A stretch of 64,000 bases of DNA, from contig NW_019091361.1 of assembly GCF_001949145.1 (NCBI RefSeq), forward strand, positions 3,125,854 through 3,189,853, in the 5' to 3' direction. This DNA is from Acanthaster planci (lineage: Eukaryota). The notes beneath the pieces were generated by a model that was given only the letters and a program-made list of their open reading frames with translations, was not told where the DNA came from and ran no database searches. This document shows, in pieces, positions 27,325 to 41,098 of the stretch (positions within the stretch are counted from its first letter, which is position 1; every line of letters begins with the position of its first letter). Position numbers and translations under genes: made by a program.

Positions 27325-28211
27325 TGTGCGTTTGGGTTGCCGCAGTTCGACGGTGCTAATTGCATTGCCAGCCAATGCCACCTGCTTGACCATGGCATGT
27401 ATTAACGACGTAAAACCTATGTAAATAGGCCACAAGCGAAATCGGCCACAAGTCGCATCTCAGCGGCTCACGTATGTGCAAAGTAGTCACAGCCTTTAAT
27501 TACACAGCTAACGGTTAATGAAAAAAAAATTCAAGACCACTGTTAACTTTGGCGGGAGAGTGATTTTTTTCGTCCCATTATTTTGCCATGTCTGGACTAC
27601 AAACGTTGAAAATGATACTCTTGTCCTCTTCTCGATTTGCTTTTTGCTTTGTTTAAAGGCTTGTTTTAATAGTTTGTGTTTTTTTTTTTTTGCATTTATT
27701 TGGATAAAATGCCATTCTTGTTCTGGACTTTAATTTCGTAAAGCATGGTTATCCTCGACGTTTGACCGGAAGGTCAGTTTTCCAGAGGCTTTGTGCAGTT
27801 TGATAAACCTAGCGTCATTGGTACTCTCTCGAACTTTGGACTACCGGTTTTTCACCATGACCCTGACATCTTCACCATCTGCAGCGCGGCTGGTATCGAG
27901 ATCCGTCACGCACAAGCTCTCCCGTGCCCCTGCTGTGACAAGAGTAGCTGTTGGCATAAGGGAAAGGGGATGTACGACCCGTCATTAGTGGGCCTGTCAT
28001 TGTGAGAGACATATCGGAAAGGCTTCCACTGAAGATGGATGGTGATTTTTTGAGAGGCACGAATTAATTACAGCGTGCTCATCCATCGCTATGTCACAAC
28101 GCTCTGTAGGGATAGTAAGAAACCTGTCCTTTTTTCGAAGAATGGAAGAATGTGGACGCGTCTGTACTAACTAAAAAGTACAGAAATATAGTGTCGGATA
28201 TTCGAACGATC

Positions 28212-28452
28212 AAGTGGTGTAACTAAGCGGGCATGGGAGCACGGAGGCACGCCTCCCCATCCTACGGAGGCCCTTGCCCGCCCGTGTGCCCTTCCCCCAC
28301 ACTCTAAAAATTATTGAAGGAAAATAAATCAGTCTGTTGTTAGTTCGTCTTGGCCATAGTTTTAACTGTGACCAAACCCATTTTAGTACCCACTTCAGAA
28401 AATGAGGCGCCCCCAAGTGCCCCTTGCAAAGTATATCCCAGTTACGCCACAG
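28212..28452. mobile_element. Degenerate hAT-like MITE (CAGTGGCGTAAC-type ends)
   Basis: AAGTGGTGTAACT ... AGTTACGCCACAG imperfect TIRs with G-rich and C-rich subterminal arms. TSD unresolved. Confidence 0.55.
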
Positions 28453-30814
28453 AGACGAGTTGGTACCCCCAACGTCAGGACCCTGTAAAGGAACACGTTA
28501 TGGGCTTGGTATTTTGGAGCCATGATGGTAAAGAGAGTGAAGAAATAAATAAATTGGTGCCATTTCTCAATAAGCAGTGATTCAGTAACAGATTAATTTA
28601 TTCATTAACCCCAAACCCTCTGAGGTGTTCCAAATTATGGTGATTTTTTAGACGAAGTTATCTCTAAATATAAATATCTGTCTTTAAAAAAAGCCCAATT
28701 TTGATCCGTCGAAGGCGAATTTGGCAATTGCCGTGACGTCATCAATGTCATTGCATCCCCAGCACCCCAAAAGAATGACTCGCATCCCGCTTTGTCCTTG
28801 TAAGGAGTGAATGAACGGTTCCCTTTGATTCAGGGGACAAAAGATTGGAAGTTCACGGTGGATTACAGACACCAGGACAGGTGTTAGCCAAAGCAGAACG
28901 TTGACGTCATCCCATTGTGTTGTGCACGTGCCAACGACGAAGCAGATTGGGCCTATTTTAGGGTTTTTTTAAGTGCATGATTAAATGATAGTTGTGTTTG
29001 ATGTTTCGATCGATCGATTGTGTGATTTGGAGCGCTTAAATCAGGCTTCTCAAATGATTAGAATAGTTTCTTAATCAAATGTTGTAGTTTCAGTCAAGTT
29101 GTAATTCTCATTTACACAGAAATACAGGTAAATCTTGGCTTTTGTGAAGAATTAATTGTTAAGAGTACATATCAAGCGGCGTAAAGCGAAACCCTTACGC
29201 CGTCAACAGTTAAAGGGATAATTAAAGTAAACCAAGCTTGCTTGTGACAAATAATAAATATTTTATTAATGCATTTTACTTGCCAACATTCTCTGTCCAA
29301 GGTGCTATTTTCTTACAAGATTGGTTTAATATGTTACTTACTGAGTTACGAAGAAAAATGCCTCTTCATTTCCCGCATCTTAGCCTTGGCCTATTACTTC
29401 ATGGGAAACCTTGCTAGAGTTCAGCCTGACGTCAAGTCCTTCCTTTGTCCGAGCACGACTGATGTGGTAAACTTGTATTGCATTAAGGACGTGGGCGGAA
29501 ATTATTATCATATTTTTGCAGGTTGAGGCCTCCCAAGCAGGACCCAAAGGGTAAAGAGTTCGCAGCACATGAACGAAGTCTACATAGTTTCTAAAAATGC
29601 ATGGAGCATAGATCTGTTTTAGATCTGTACATGATCTCAAGAATAGCTTTCATCTGAAGTGGTCCATTATCTTCATGTACTCTCAGCATTATTTGATTTT
29701 AAATTGCAATCAAATAGAAGGCATTACAAGAAAGACTATGTTTTTGCGAAGTTGATGTATTGGGAAATTGTCAAATTCTACTGTGTTGCATAAGCTGTCT
29801 CTACTTGTCAGTAAAAAGTACGAACGAGAGAGAGTGTCGCAGCAAAGCAGACCAGATTCAAACCCACGAAAACGGCATTTAATCTCGCAGACGCACGGCA
29901 TCGAAATTTGAGAGGAAGTAATGCTGAAATTACTTTGCGAATTAAAAATAAAAAGTCCAAGGACTGTTTTGTCAGAGAAAAGTTTGACAACATGTCGAAG
30001 GGGGTGATATTTAGAAAAACACACTCAACTGTTCTCCAAATTCATCAAATTTGTACTTCAAAGTTAGTGTGTCGGCCTGTGAATTACTGGTTGGGTTAAC
30101 GGATTCAGTACATGCAATGGTTGTGTTGTAATTTCGTGTGTGTGCTATTCTAGTGAACTGTTTTTACTTTTGGTAACCCGTTTTTTTCTGGGTCTTAAAG
30201 TAAATAATGTTCCTTGTTCTTGTTTTTAGAAAGAATCCATTGTCACTTTTCATCATTTTCATATTCGTGTGATTTATTTATTTTTCTTACGGAACCCACA
30301 CGTCGAGCAATCGGCCTTCGAATGCCTAAAAGTATGTCGACGCCTCAATCGAAATACATGGACCTACATGGTATTTAGCCTGTCATTTGTCACCTTTAAA
30401 CCTGTGCACATGAGGAATTCGTGTCAGATATATTTAGCGTCGTACACTTGGCCACCCCTGGCTTTCCAAATGCTAGCGGCGTGCTTTTGTTTCACCTACA
30501 TCGCAGTTGTCCCGAGCAGCAGTGCTAAAAGAATGTTTCAACCATACTTTTGAGGCTCACTTACAGCACTGTTAATTATAAAGTCCGTCCCATGAGGAGC
30601 GAGCTGTTATTCTTTTGTTTTTCTCTTTTTTTCTTCTTCTTCTTCTTCTTTTTTCATTATACACTGCGGGCGTTTAGGGATTTTTATCTTAGTTTATGAA
30701 CAGAGTTGTAATTTGATCGATTGTTTTTAATCGGAATTGCCCCACTGAACTATTTTCCAAAAAACATGTTTTTTACACCTCTGGGTTTTGGGGGTTTTTT
30801 TCGTTGGTCTGTTG

Positions 30815-30838
30815 TGTGTTTGTTTGTTTGTTTGTTTG
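30815..30838. repeat. (GTTT)n microsatellite
   Basis: gtgtttgtttgtttgtttgtttg. Confidence 0.8.
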
Positions 30839-30878
30839 TCTGCGGTTTGGTTTCCCACTGCTTTAGTTCTACTTTTCA

Positions 30879-30930
30879 CAAAATATGGAGGGCCTGACGT
30901 TTCGATCCTAGCAGAATCGTTCTCAAAGGC
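30879..30930 (-). mobile_element. Penelope-like element terminal-repeat fragment carrying a minimal hammerhead motif
   Basis: Minus strand GCCT TTGAGAA C GATTCT GCT AGGATC GAAA CG TC AGGC. A 40-bp exact inverted match lies at 53976-54015. Confidence 0.6.
30892..30930 (-). ncRNA. Putative minimal type I hammerhead ribozyme (U3-A8 variant)
   Basis: Helix I GCCU/AGGC, core UUGAGAA, helix II GAUUCU/AGGAUC, GAAA, palindromic ACGU in place of helix III, GUC cleavage triplet. Activity not shown. Confidence 0.5.
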
Positions 30931-32127
30931 AAAGTAACAAGTAGACAGGACAAACAAGCAAACAGGGAATCAGCCAAGCATGGACGAATGCAGGAGGAAA
31001 AAAGGAAAGGTCAAGAAAGCCGGAGGCTGGATTAGGGGGCAAAGGGGACTGCATAAAAGGCATGGTTGAGCAATAAAGGGACGTGAGGTGGGAAGAGATC
31101 AAAGATAAAATATACGGTTTAATGAAACAAACTGAACCCCAAGGGGTATAATCTGTAGACAAAGAAAGGCAAGGATAAGAGTGTTACATGAAATTAGTAG
31201 TTTTCCTCTTGGATGTTCAGGTCACGGAGTTGTATGGTACGGAGGCGTTAGTTTCGATATTGTCGATATTGTCCGCCATAAATAGATGTGCCAAGGAGTT
31301 GTTCCTTTGGCATAGCATGAGAAATGGCTGTTGGTTGATAGGAATATTTCATCACTACTACCGGTAGCTTGGTTATAGTGTTCCCTGTTTCTCAAAGCTA
31401 ATGGACCGATCCAATTCACTCCCGACACGGGTCAAAACGCCGAACTCTTGCACTTTTGGTGCTATACTTTGTTTTCCGGCCACTTTTGCTGTGCTGTCAA
31501 AGTCTGTCGATCCCTTAGACTCCGCCCCTCCCTCTCAGCTGTACCATGCAGAATGAACCCACAGATATCTCTAATTAACAGGCTCTCTTGACATACGTCA
31601 ATAACCAGGCCGATCCAAAGGATATTTAGTATTACTATGTTTTCATTGGGCATTTTTTTTAGTCGCGTGAAATGAAGTAGAATCAATAGTGTATCCGGTG
31701 TGGCGGTATGAACAGAAAAAGTAGATCACCCATTCTGGTGTTGGCCGTCATGTGGCTGACCTACATCACTGGCAACGAGGCGAGAGCCCGGCCGACAACT
31801 CCTCTACAGAGGTTCTCTGAAATTTGCTTTTTGGTGGGCTGGTGTGGCGTTGCTGTTCGAGTGAACAAGGCGTGATTGATAGCTTTGCCAATAAAGTGCA
31901 GAGAGGCAGGGCATGAGTAAAGCATTATTAATGATCGCTCGGAAAGGATTGAAGTTAGACTTTGACATTCTGTAGTGTTGGCTGCAAGCATGCATAGTAA
32001 TACAAATTGCCCTATTTTAAATACCGTTTTATTCGAGGGGGGGATAATCATGTCAAGTTTATGTTCTGTGCATGAAGTAGCATGAATATGCTGCGCGTCA
32101 TACCCGTGAATGCTGTAAAACTCAAAG

Positions 32128-32293
32128 CAGACCTGCCAACCTTGCCGTACTCCTTCTTGAGGTCAGGCATTACCACACAATAGATTTTTTTAAAAATTAA
32201 ATGAAGTGAACCGAAGGCTCATTTAAATACCTTTCAATCTATTGTGTGGCAATGCCTGACCTCAGGAAGGAGTATGGCATGTCGGCAGGTCTC
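32128..32293. mobile_element. Foldback MITE with about 58-bp inverted arms (hAT-like CAGACCTGCCAAC terminus)
   Basis: Arm 32129-32186 matches the reverse complement of 32236-32292 with about 5 mismatches and 1 gap, around an AT-rich spacer. Confidence 0.75.
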
Positions 32294-34704
32294 CCCAAAT
32301 CCCCTCTATTTAATGTAGATTATTTATTTGAATTTGGAAACGTTTTTCTACTTGATTGTGGTAGACAACGTAGAGCTTTATCAGATGGACAGCGAGCGCA
32401 TGCCTTAGTCAAAACGGGAGACTCTGAGACGCATGGTGGCGGCAACTGGTCCCTTTTGTCCGTTCTGTGCATGCGCGCGTAGTTTTGGAAAACCTTGAGA
32501 TGGTTTCCAAAATGCTCTGAATCCAAGGTAAAACGATCAATGTGAATTGTTTGATGTGGAAAATAAAATGCAGGGAACACATCTTGCCAAATAGTAGTAA
32601 ATATTGAAAACCATCGAATTCTACGGGGAAAGATAAAGTTTCCTTAACATCTGTTCAGTTTGTAGGCATTTTCGATCAATATCTAATTGGGTACGAACTT
32701 AGCAGTATATTATTTCGAACTCTAACAACCAAAACCTCTTTGACAATAGAAACACTGTTTTTTGTCGGAAGATGCTTCGCTTCTTTTCAATTTCCGTGTT
32801 TCTATAGCGCTTCATCATGGTCAGCCATCTTGTTTTGCTACTACTGTAACCAAATTGAAGCTGCAAGAAAAAAACGGTTTGTTTCCTTTTATTAGTATCA
32901 GATTTTGTTAGTTTTGTCATTTGCTATATACCTAGTCATGTCGGGGCAAGGCAAAACAGCGATGTATCTTGGAACGATTTGGGCTGATTTTTGCAGATCC
33001 CGACTATTTGCTGTCGCTAAAGGGGTATCCTGGCTGGGAACTGCTTGCCTTTAATAAACACCTGGGCATATAGTTTGTTTGCCTCATCGAGCACTATTGG
33101 ATAGCCCTATCGTTCAGAGACATAATACAGGTAAAATTTTCCGAGACACCTTGCAAGGGGATTCTGAAACACTGCACAAACATGAAAACAGAAAACATTG
33201 ATTTCTTCCCTTCGGCGCATGCGAATGTGTCTCATTTTAGCTCTCTGCTGCGTCGTGCGAGCCCAGCTGTAATTGCTTTCCGGGCGAGAGCGCGTTGATG
33301 TTGCACGTAGCCTGATTGAATTCGCTGTCTGAAGTGTCCTGCAAATTAGTAGCAATTTCCTGTATTTTCTTAGCCCGCAGGAGCGCCGTATTGCGCGCTT
33401 CGAGGGCTTCGGTGCCTTGGGACGCCTTGCGACTCATGCATGCGGCGTCGTGTTGGGATCAGAAGTGTGTTTTTGTGTTGTATGATGTTAAAAAAAATAT
33501 CTGCTCGCCGTTTGCACACTTTCTTGGTGCGTACTAGCTTTTCCCCTTCGTCATTTGGCGCTCGTGAAGCGGAAACGGCCGTGTGGATTCGACGTTGGCT
33601 AAGCTTCCGAATGTGAACAGAGCGTGTGGACTGAAAGATCACGTTTCACATCGCAAGACTTTGGAACAGCATGAGTGATGTAGACTGCCAGTGGCCATGT
33701 TTCATTGCGTTTGGAAAGATGATTTTATTGCCTATATATCGTTGCCTTGCGCTGACAAGCACTTGCCGGTATGTCCATACGAAAATTGTTGCCGCTGATA
33801 TTTTTGAAGGGGGGGTAGTTGGTCTTATCTATCGAGTATTAGCTACTCTGGGTAAGGTATCTACTTCAAATTCAAGTGAGATGCTTAGTTCTCACGTTGC
33901 TTCTCATTGCAGTGTCTTCCGACTTGCTTGTAAAGGAAAATTTGATACAGTATATGAATATAAAAGTGTCTTTATGGACAGGTTGGCGTTGGCACACCAT
34001 CATTATCTGATCATTTTTACATCAAGACACCCAGGGAATTAGGTAGGTGTGACAATATTTCCAAAGAGGCAAGTTGGGAAGTAATCTTCCATTGAAATTT
34101 AGACCTTTGTGTAGTAGGACCCGGAAGGGATGCGACGAGACATATTCAGAGTTGGGACGTTATCTACCAGGAAACAGCCGTCCAGTTTTCAAAACTCCGT
34201 AAAACCGACTTTCGCTGAATGTCCCAGTGTGTGTAAGCGAATAGGGCTGACTTCTTTTGGAAATGTCATCCGCAGATCGCAAGAGAGAGGCAGTGTGTAT
34301 GAAAAATAAATGTTGAATTTGACCTAATGATGAGGCATATTGAAATGACATGGGAAATCCTGTATCATAAATCACATGCACCACTCGGAGAAATTACATG
34401 AGCGATATCGCGGCTGTTATTACACATTGTCAACCTCAATAAATATGAACCTGATATTTGAAATAATAGCCTGAAAACTCCAATTTTTCCAAGCCTGGAT
34501 GACAGACATAAAGCCATTAAGGGCTTGCAAATGGCAGAAGGTTTACAACCATAACGATTATCGGACGATGCATAATTGGTGAGAAGTTTGAATTGCCGGG
34601 GCTTCTTTCGACGGAAATTGCCAAAATAAATACAAAAGGTATTACGGCATTCATGTAGTTTACAATCACAATAAAGAGCGATAAATTTCCATTATGGTAC
34701 CAGA

Positions 34705-34951
34705 CATTGCCGTCGTAAGGTGTTAATGGGGGTGTTAATGGGCGTAACCCCCCCCCCAAAAAAATAATAGAAACTTAAATAAAAAGCAAGGGTAAAAGGA
34801 GATAAAGGGGAGGAAATTCACTGTTTGCTGGAAAAAGGTTGACACCCCCTCCACTTTATAAGGTTGTTGTTGATGATTGCTTCCCCAAGCAATTTTCCCC
34901 CAAGGAAAAAAGTGATTTGACGCCCCCTATGAAGTCCTGGTGACACCCATA
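34705..34951. mobile_element. Degenerate hAT-like MITE
   Basis: Imperfect ends CATTGCCGTCGTAAGG / CCTGGTGACACCCATA. The 8-bp flanks GTACCAGA and ATACCAGC match 6/8, consistent with a decayed 8-bp TSD. Confidence 0.5.
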
Positions 34952-37900
34952 ATACCAGCACATACGAAGTGAATGCACATTACATTATGGTTTTCATGTG
35001 ATTTGAAGGGTTTGGCCTGTACTATCCTTCGAGTTGATTAATGTGATTGGTCCGTCTTTATTTCTTTTTGCGTTCAAGGTTTTTTCTCAAACGTTGCTAT
35101 CTTTCTCGATCTATACGAGAATACATGTATTATGTTAGCAAGCAAATACCAATTTTTTTTCTTCTCAAAAATAGAGGTTTTGCTTAAAAAGGAGCATTCA
35201 CTCAAATATTTTTCGGCTTTTTTTACGGGTGCCAACCTCGACTCTTTGTTGAAGACGAGGTGTCAGGTTTAACATAACCCGATCAGTCTGGTTTCCGTAC
35301 CCCGATCGCGGCTCCGTCTCCAAGCCGATTCGGCAGGGCATGCATGGTGCATGGGAGAGGCGCTCCAGAGACTACACACGCAAGTTCTCAAGCAAAGATT
35401 CCCCAGCTTTGCCTATGGCATTCCACCCGCCATGTTGGGTGTGAGGCCGTCCATTACTGTCTGTAAGTCTCTGTCATCATTGTCTCTGTCGAATGGGGAA
35501 TACTTTCCTCTAACGAGACGATCAATCCTCTCTGCCGTGTCTCGACCCGCTGAGTGTATACCTCTCCGGTGACATTTAGCATTTCACATCATCATACCCA
35601 TGTTAGAGTGCTCGTCCGTCTTCAAGTACCATAGGCATACGCCAGAGTTGAGAAGATCTTTTCAAACGGATTCAAGTGCAAATAATGTAACAACGCAGCG
35701 TGGGGCAGCTCTGTCGAAGAAAAAGTACAAATCTAAAGAATGTTGAGAGCGAATATCGAGTACAATGACCTTATGGGGGATTAAAAAAAGGGACCGATTC
35801 TAACAGGATGCATAGACAGCTGTGTGGCACCAAGTACTTCGAGATGTCTTCAGCTGGTGCAGCAGATGTCAATCTTTCAGCACAGCGCTGGGACTGTGGT
35901 GTACAGTTCTGTTAAGTTTCAATTCATATAGGTTTAATCAACTTCAAATGTCATTGACATGTTCGCGCAAAAGTTCACCCCCCAGAGGTTTAGACAAATA
36001 CCAGTTGAACTGTAAGAGCGGCGTAATAAAATAGACGCATCCCTCCCAGTCTGTGATCTATTACCAAGAATGCCAGTGTTGGCAACTACACGAATTATAC
36101 TGTTACCAAAAGTCGCCGCGTTCCCCTTTGAAATTTACTCGGGCCGAGCCACCAGCATCAACAGGGCAGAAATTTGCTGCATAGATTTCTGAGTGCGAAT
36201 CATTGTGTTATCCCGCACTCTCTCTGCCTCTGTGAACCCCTCGGCGGGGTTTCCTCACTTGATGACGTCATACCGACCATACCACATTCTATTATTAGTC
36301 CGGCTGTTGCCAGTGACCGAGGGCGAGGAATTTGCAAGCAGGAGACGATGTATGTTATTTTAGGACTTGGGCGGGAATGTGCTTTTTCAAAATACGTGGT
36401 TATGATTTACCGCCGATGAACAACTTCATTGTTGTGGGCGTTGGATGGTTATAGTTCCTGGTAACTAAATCATTTTAAATTGTCAATAAAATTGTCATCC
36501 ATTGGGTGTCATCCATTGGTAATTAGGTGTGATGAAATAATAGTTCCCGAAGTGTCTCGAGTTCAGCATGTGCAGTGGCTCAAAACTTTCTGTTACGGCG
36601 GTAAATTTGTGTCAGGGTATAGCGCTTCCGAAAAGGACTCCTTTCACCTTGATAATACGATACCACTACTGCACGGAAGAGAACAGGGTTCATCTTCCTG
36701 GTTCGATGGGAAATCGGTTCTTCACGTAGAAATTTGAATCATTTTGCAGGAAACAACGTCAAACCTGCAGCAAGGATATGGCGAGTCGAAGGGAGACGTT
36801 GTGCATGTGTGAAATGTGCTCAACTCGCGCGTCGGTTCTCCCTTCCCGCCAAATCGCTGTTTTTACTCGTCTATGGTAGACATGGGGGCTTGCGCAATAT
36901 GTTGCGGTCAAAGGCAGCCGTTTCTTTTCGCTTCCAGCTAATCATCTGGATTTGATCAAAGCACAGTATGGTCCCGTAGTGCACGCCCTGACGTCCGATG
37001 GCAGGAAGGCACAACGGAGCGGCGGGAACTAGACGCCGATATTATGAAATCCTGCCCATGGGTGGTTTGGGTATATTTGGAAGCTGGTATTTATTTGATT
37101 TAGCGGGAAATAATTCGTGAATGGTTTGACCTGAGTAGTGCACTTTAACCTATGAAAAGCTCGTGTAAGTCACCGACTTTAATCATGCTTCAGTTCAAAT
37201 GTGGGAAGTTTCAGTTTTACTATCCGTTACTAATGGGCGGCAATAGACATGTATTTCTTGCGCAGTACTGAGCATGCTCGCTGACTTGGCCGTGCCTGGA
37301 CATGTATGTAGGGAGACAACATACCAGCTAACACCTATAGTATCGACGTGCAGGTTCTACAAAGTGGGGGCACTTTTGTATACGTAGTAACAGCCAGAGA
37401 AATTATTGTGGGCTTGATAATTACTTCTTCCATAATCTGTGTATAAAGGGAAGACTTTATATAAGCCCACAGAGAAGTGAATAGATTTGCAACTTCCATG
37501 TGGAAAGTGAAGGGTAACAGTGAATGTGGAGGAGTTGGTTTAGAAATGACTGTAGATTTATCTAAGAACAGGATTATTGAACGCTCATATAGGGACTCGT
37601 AACCCGTAATGGCCGTAAATTTGTTGAGTTTAGCCTTTGAGGGGACATTAATTTTAGTTTGGGTACAGCAGACGGCTTATTGCTTCAGCCATTCCTGGGG
37701 ACCTTCTCAAGTATCCAGTTATCTCATGATCGGCGTAAATAATACAATGGTAACACTTTTCAAAAGGACCACAGAAATTACATCCGTAACCCAGGATGGG
37801 TCCAGGACGCACTTTGTGGCATTACGGCAGTGACGTCGTGTCGGCGATGACGTCACGGTCTGCGGCCAGCGGTATGCACCCATCAGCATGCTACACAGCA

Positions 37901-40900
37901 GGCGAACCTGGAACTCGGGTCGAGTTGACGGCTGACTAGCGCTGCTTGGTAAGCTGAGAGTCGCCGGTTGAAGTCTGAGACCGCTCGGAACTCATCGGTG
38001 CTTGGGTAATTGCGCGATTTGCTGATTCGTATTGGGTCTTCGAGTTGCGTTCTTTCCCACAGAGGGGAGAGTGCAATAGCTTCTTGTCTCGGCTCCAAGT
38101 TCAGTCGGAAAGCAATTTACATCTTATATTACAACAGTAACCTCCTATTTTGGGGAATAAAAACAATGAAGAACAAAAGATTGAGACCCCAAATTTTCCT
38201 AGTTTTAGGCAGAATGTTGCCTTATCAGTGCTCAATGAAGTGTATCTTGTCATTCAAAACTCTACAAACCAACAAACATTCCAAGAGCACGTGTTCCAGG
38301 TCGTATGTGTCGTTGCTGATATACGGAGGTGGATTCTCGGTAATAAATTACAACCCCAATATAAGCATGCTGTGTGTCAATTATTGAAAATGTAGAGATC
38401 ATTCCTGTACCAATGTTTGAAACTTAACATCACAACCCTAGAGGTTATGTTACATCCAGGCAGGCTACCGTTAACTGGTCATGTGCTCGTAGGTTTTCGT
38501 TGGAAGGTCAAATGGACTTGCCATCAGTACCAACATTTGCCGATTATCAGAATGTTTTCAATCAGCAGTTCCATTTACCGTGGTCCCAGTTGTTTGTGGA
38601 AAGCTGGCAGAGTCCTTTGCAGTTTATGACGTTTAAACTTTCAATTAAAAACTGCGGGAGGATAATCAACTTTGTCCCTTTTTTTAATTTCCACGATTTG
38701 TTTGTCTCGTGTGTTTTTCATGATCGTCAGTGACATGATGGACAATGAGAGTTCGTCCGCAGTGAAGCAATGGGAAAAGACGCAAGCGGTTTGAGTTGTA
38801 ATTGATTTTTTTTAATAGGACCATTCTAAAAATCCCTTCTAAAAATAGACATTTTTGCCGAAAGGGCATTAAAGATAGTGAGGCATCGCACCGAGTCGGA
38901 GATATATGAAATTATGGAATCCATAAATGCAGGTTGAAGTATCTGGAGAGAGGAAGACTGTAAAGACAAGAGGAGAGGGGACAAAGGATTTGTCTTTAAA
39001 TTAGAGAGTTGAAATTGCCATAAATCAAAGCAATCAGCGGACTTTGACTGCAGAAGCCCTTAGTCTTCAAGTTAAAAAATATGAGATACCGTTATCTGGA
39101 GAAACGACCATTTTCTGAATTGAAATTTTCCCTTCAGTATTAATCGGATACATGTACAGCCTGGTAGATAGATGTGTTATGGAGCCCGTCCCTTTTGGTG
39201 GATGTTTTTTACGACCAATCTCATTATAGTGTGTCACAGTTAACTTCCAATCGGCCTCATGGATGGCATGGTTCATGTTACGTAGCTGTTCGGGTGTGCC
39301 TTTTTTTAGATCATGACCAATGGCTCTATTTCGCTCTACCACTTTGGCTCTGGAGTGTACGTGCTGTTGGCCACTCTTGGGGGAACTTCAATACAAAATA
39401 TATAGGTGTGTACACGCCGTCTGGGGCGGTATTAGTCATTTGTATCAGGTCCTTGGCCAGGGGCTATACTCAGCGTCAGAGAGAGGCATGTCCAACATTA
39501 TTGCGTGACTGTCATGGTAATGATGGCATTGTGTGGGCAGGTTGGTGCTCTAGCTATGTTGAAGACATGTGGATGAGAAAAAAATCTTTAAGTATAAGGT
39601 ACCCAGCTGCATGGCGTGGCTAGTTGTAAGGGGAAATTTTAGTACATTAAACCAAGTCGTCTTTTCTTTTTTTTTTAATTTAAGTGAGCAATCTAATTTT
39701 GCTCGGTAAATAATTTAGTTGCGTACTGGATTCGTGAGAAGCGAGAAACGTGTGGCAGCGGAAAATCACCCAAATTTAATTGAGTATCCACGAGTGCGAG
39801 AACGCACTCCAGTCAGCAGCAATGTTTCATGTGTCATTTTTTTTAACGCATCAACGAAATTTCTTAACGAACTTGCTTCATTCACGTGGTAAGAATAATT
39901 TGTTCGCCCAAGTCAAATCCGTGTAGTCCTTGGTATTAGCATTACCAAGAACTCATTTCGCCGTTATATGAAAGTAAAGATAACAAGCAATTATTCCTAA
40001 TGGGCAGATTATGGGTATCAAAGTATTTCTAAGTATAGACTTATTATTTTAGGTTTGACCTTCCCACTTGCGACATCACTTTATTCCAAGGGAAATCAAA
40101 CACGTGGCCCCTTCCCGACAGACGGTATGCCGAATATGCATCCCGGGCGCGCGCGCCGCGCGGAGTAGCGATCGTTTCAGTCCTGGGTGCTTTTGTCTTA
40201 GCCAGGATGACGAGGAATTCGAAGGGAAATCTTCCGGCCGCCAGGATGTTTGCACAACCATACTGAAATCTCGCGTCTAGTCAAGGCGGTGCCCAGCTGA
40301 ATTATTAAGACGTTTGTTCACCGCTACCGTTGGCTGCCACATTGATCCGCGACCAATTATTAACACCACATTACTTTCGCATCACAACTTCTTTCACTCA
40401 CTTCATCATGAGGTCGCAAGCCCGTAAATAAGCTGCCATAGATAACTGTGATAAATACTTTCATTTCAAAAAATAAAATCGGGAAAAATACCCAGCATCT
40501 CCTCGGGTGTTCAAGACACACATGAAACTAAAGCTCAAGTAGCCGTCTTTTAATTTTCTTTTCAATTTTTAGCGGCTCAACCTATGACATTTGAAGATAT
40601 TTCTTTCCCGTGGTTTAAACAGTCATGATGTCCACCGCCACTTTGCCTACCCTCCATTGAAAAATAGAGTGATTTGGAGGGTTGTGTTTTGACCAATATT
40701 AAAAACAAAGAAACAAAAACCACAAGCAGGTAGTCCTGCTGGTAGCTTACATCGTTCGTTTTTACAAACCATCCAGTCCAAGTACCACAAAATGCTCTGA
40801 TGGCAGAGAATTTCACGGCATGCAAATTGTGAAGTCCGCGCAGGTAATTTGGGGCCTATACTTGCCTGCAACCATAATTTCTTATCCAGCCACCCTAACA

Positions 40901-41098
40901 CTTTTTTAAGAAATGCAATTCTTGGCCACCATGTTCATTTGTAAAAAGAAAAGCATGCTGCAACAATCTTTTGCCCGATAAAACCGCTAATTGTTTTTTA
41001 CAAACTCCGACAATCACATTTTCCTTCCAGTTTGAACTCCTATAGCTGCAGTGGCTCGCCAGCCGAAGTAACTTTTTTTGTCTTATTTGCTTTCGTAG

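Noticed and set aside
38150..38733. Protein-looking short ORFs in intron 2
   Set aside because: Interrupted by stops, no recognisable family, no splice support.
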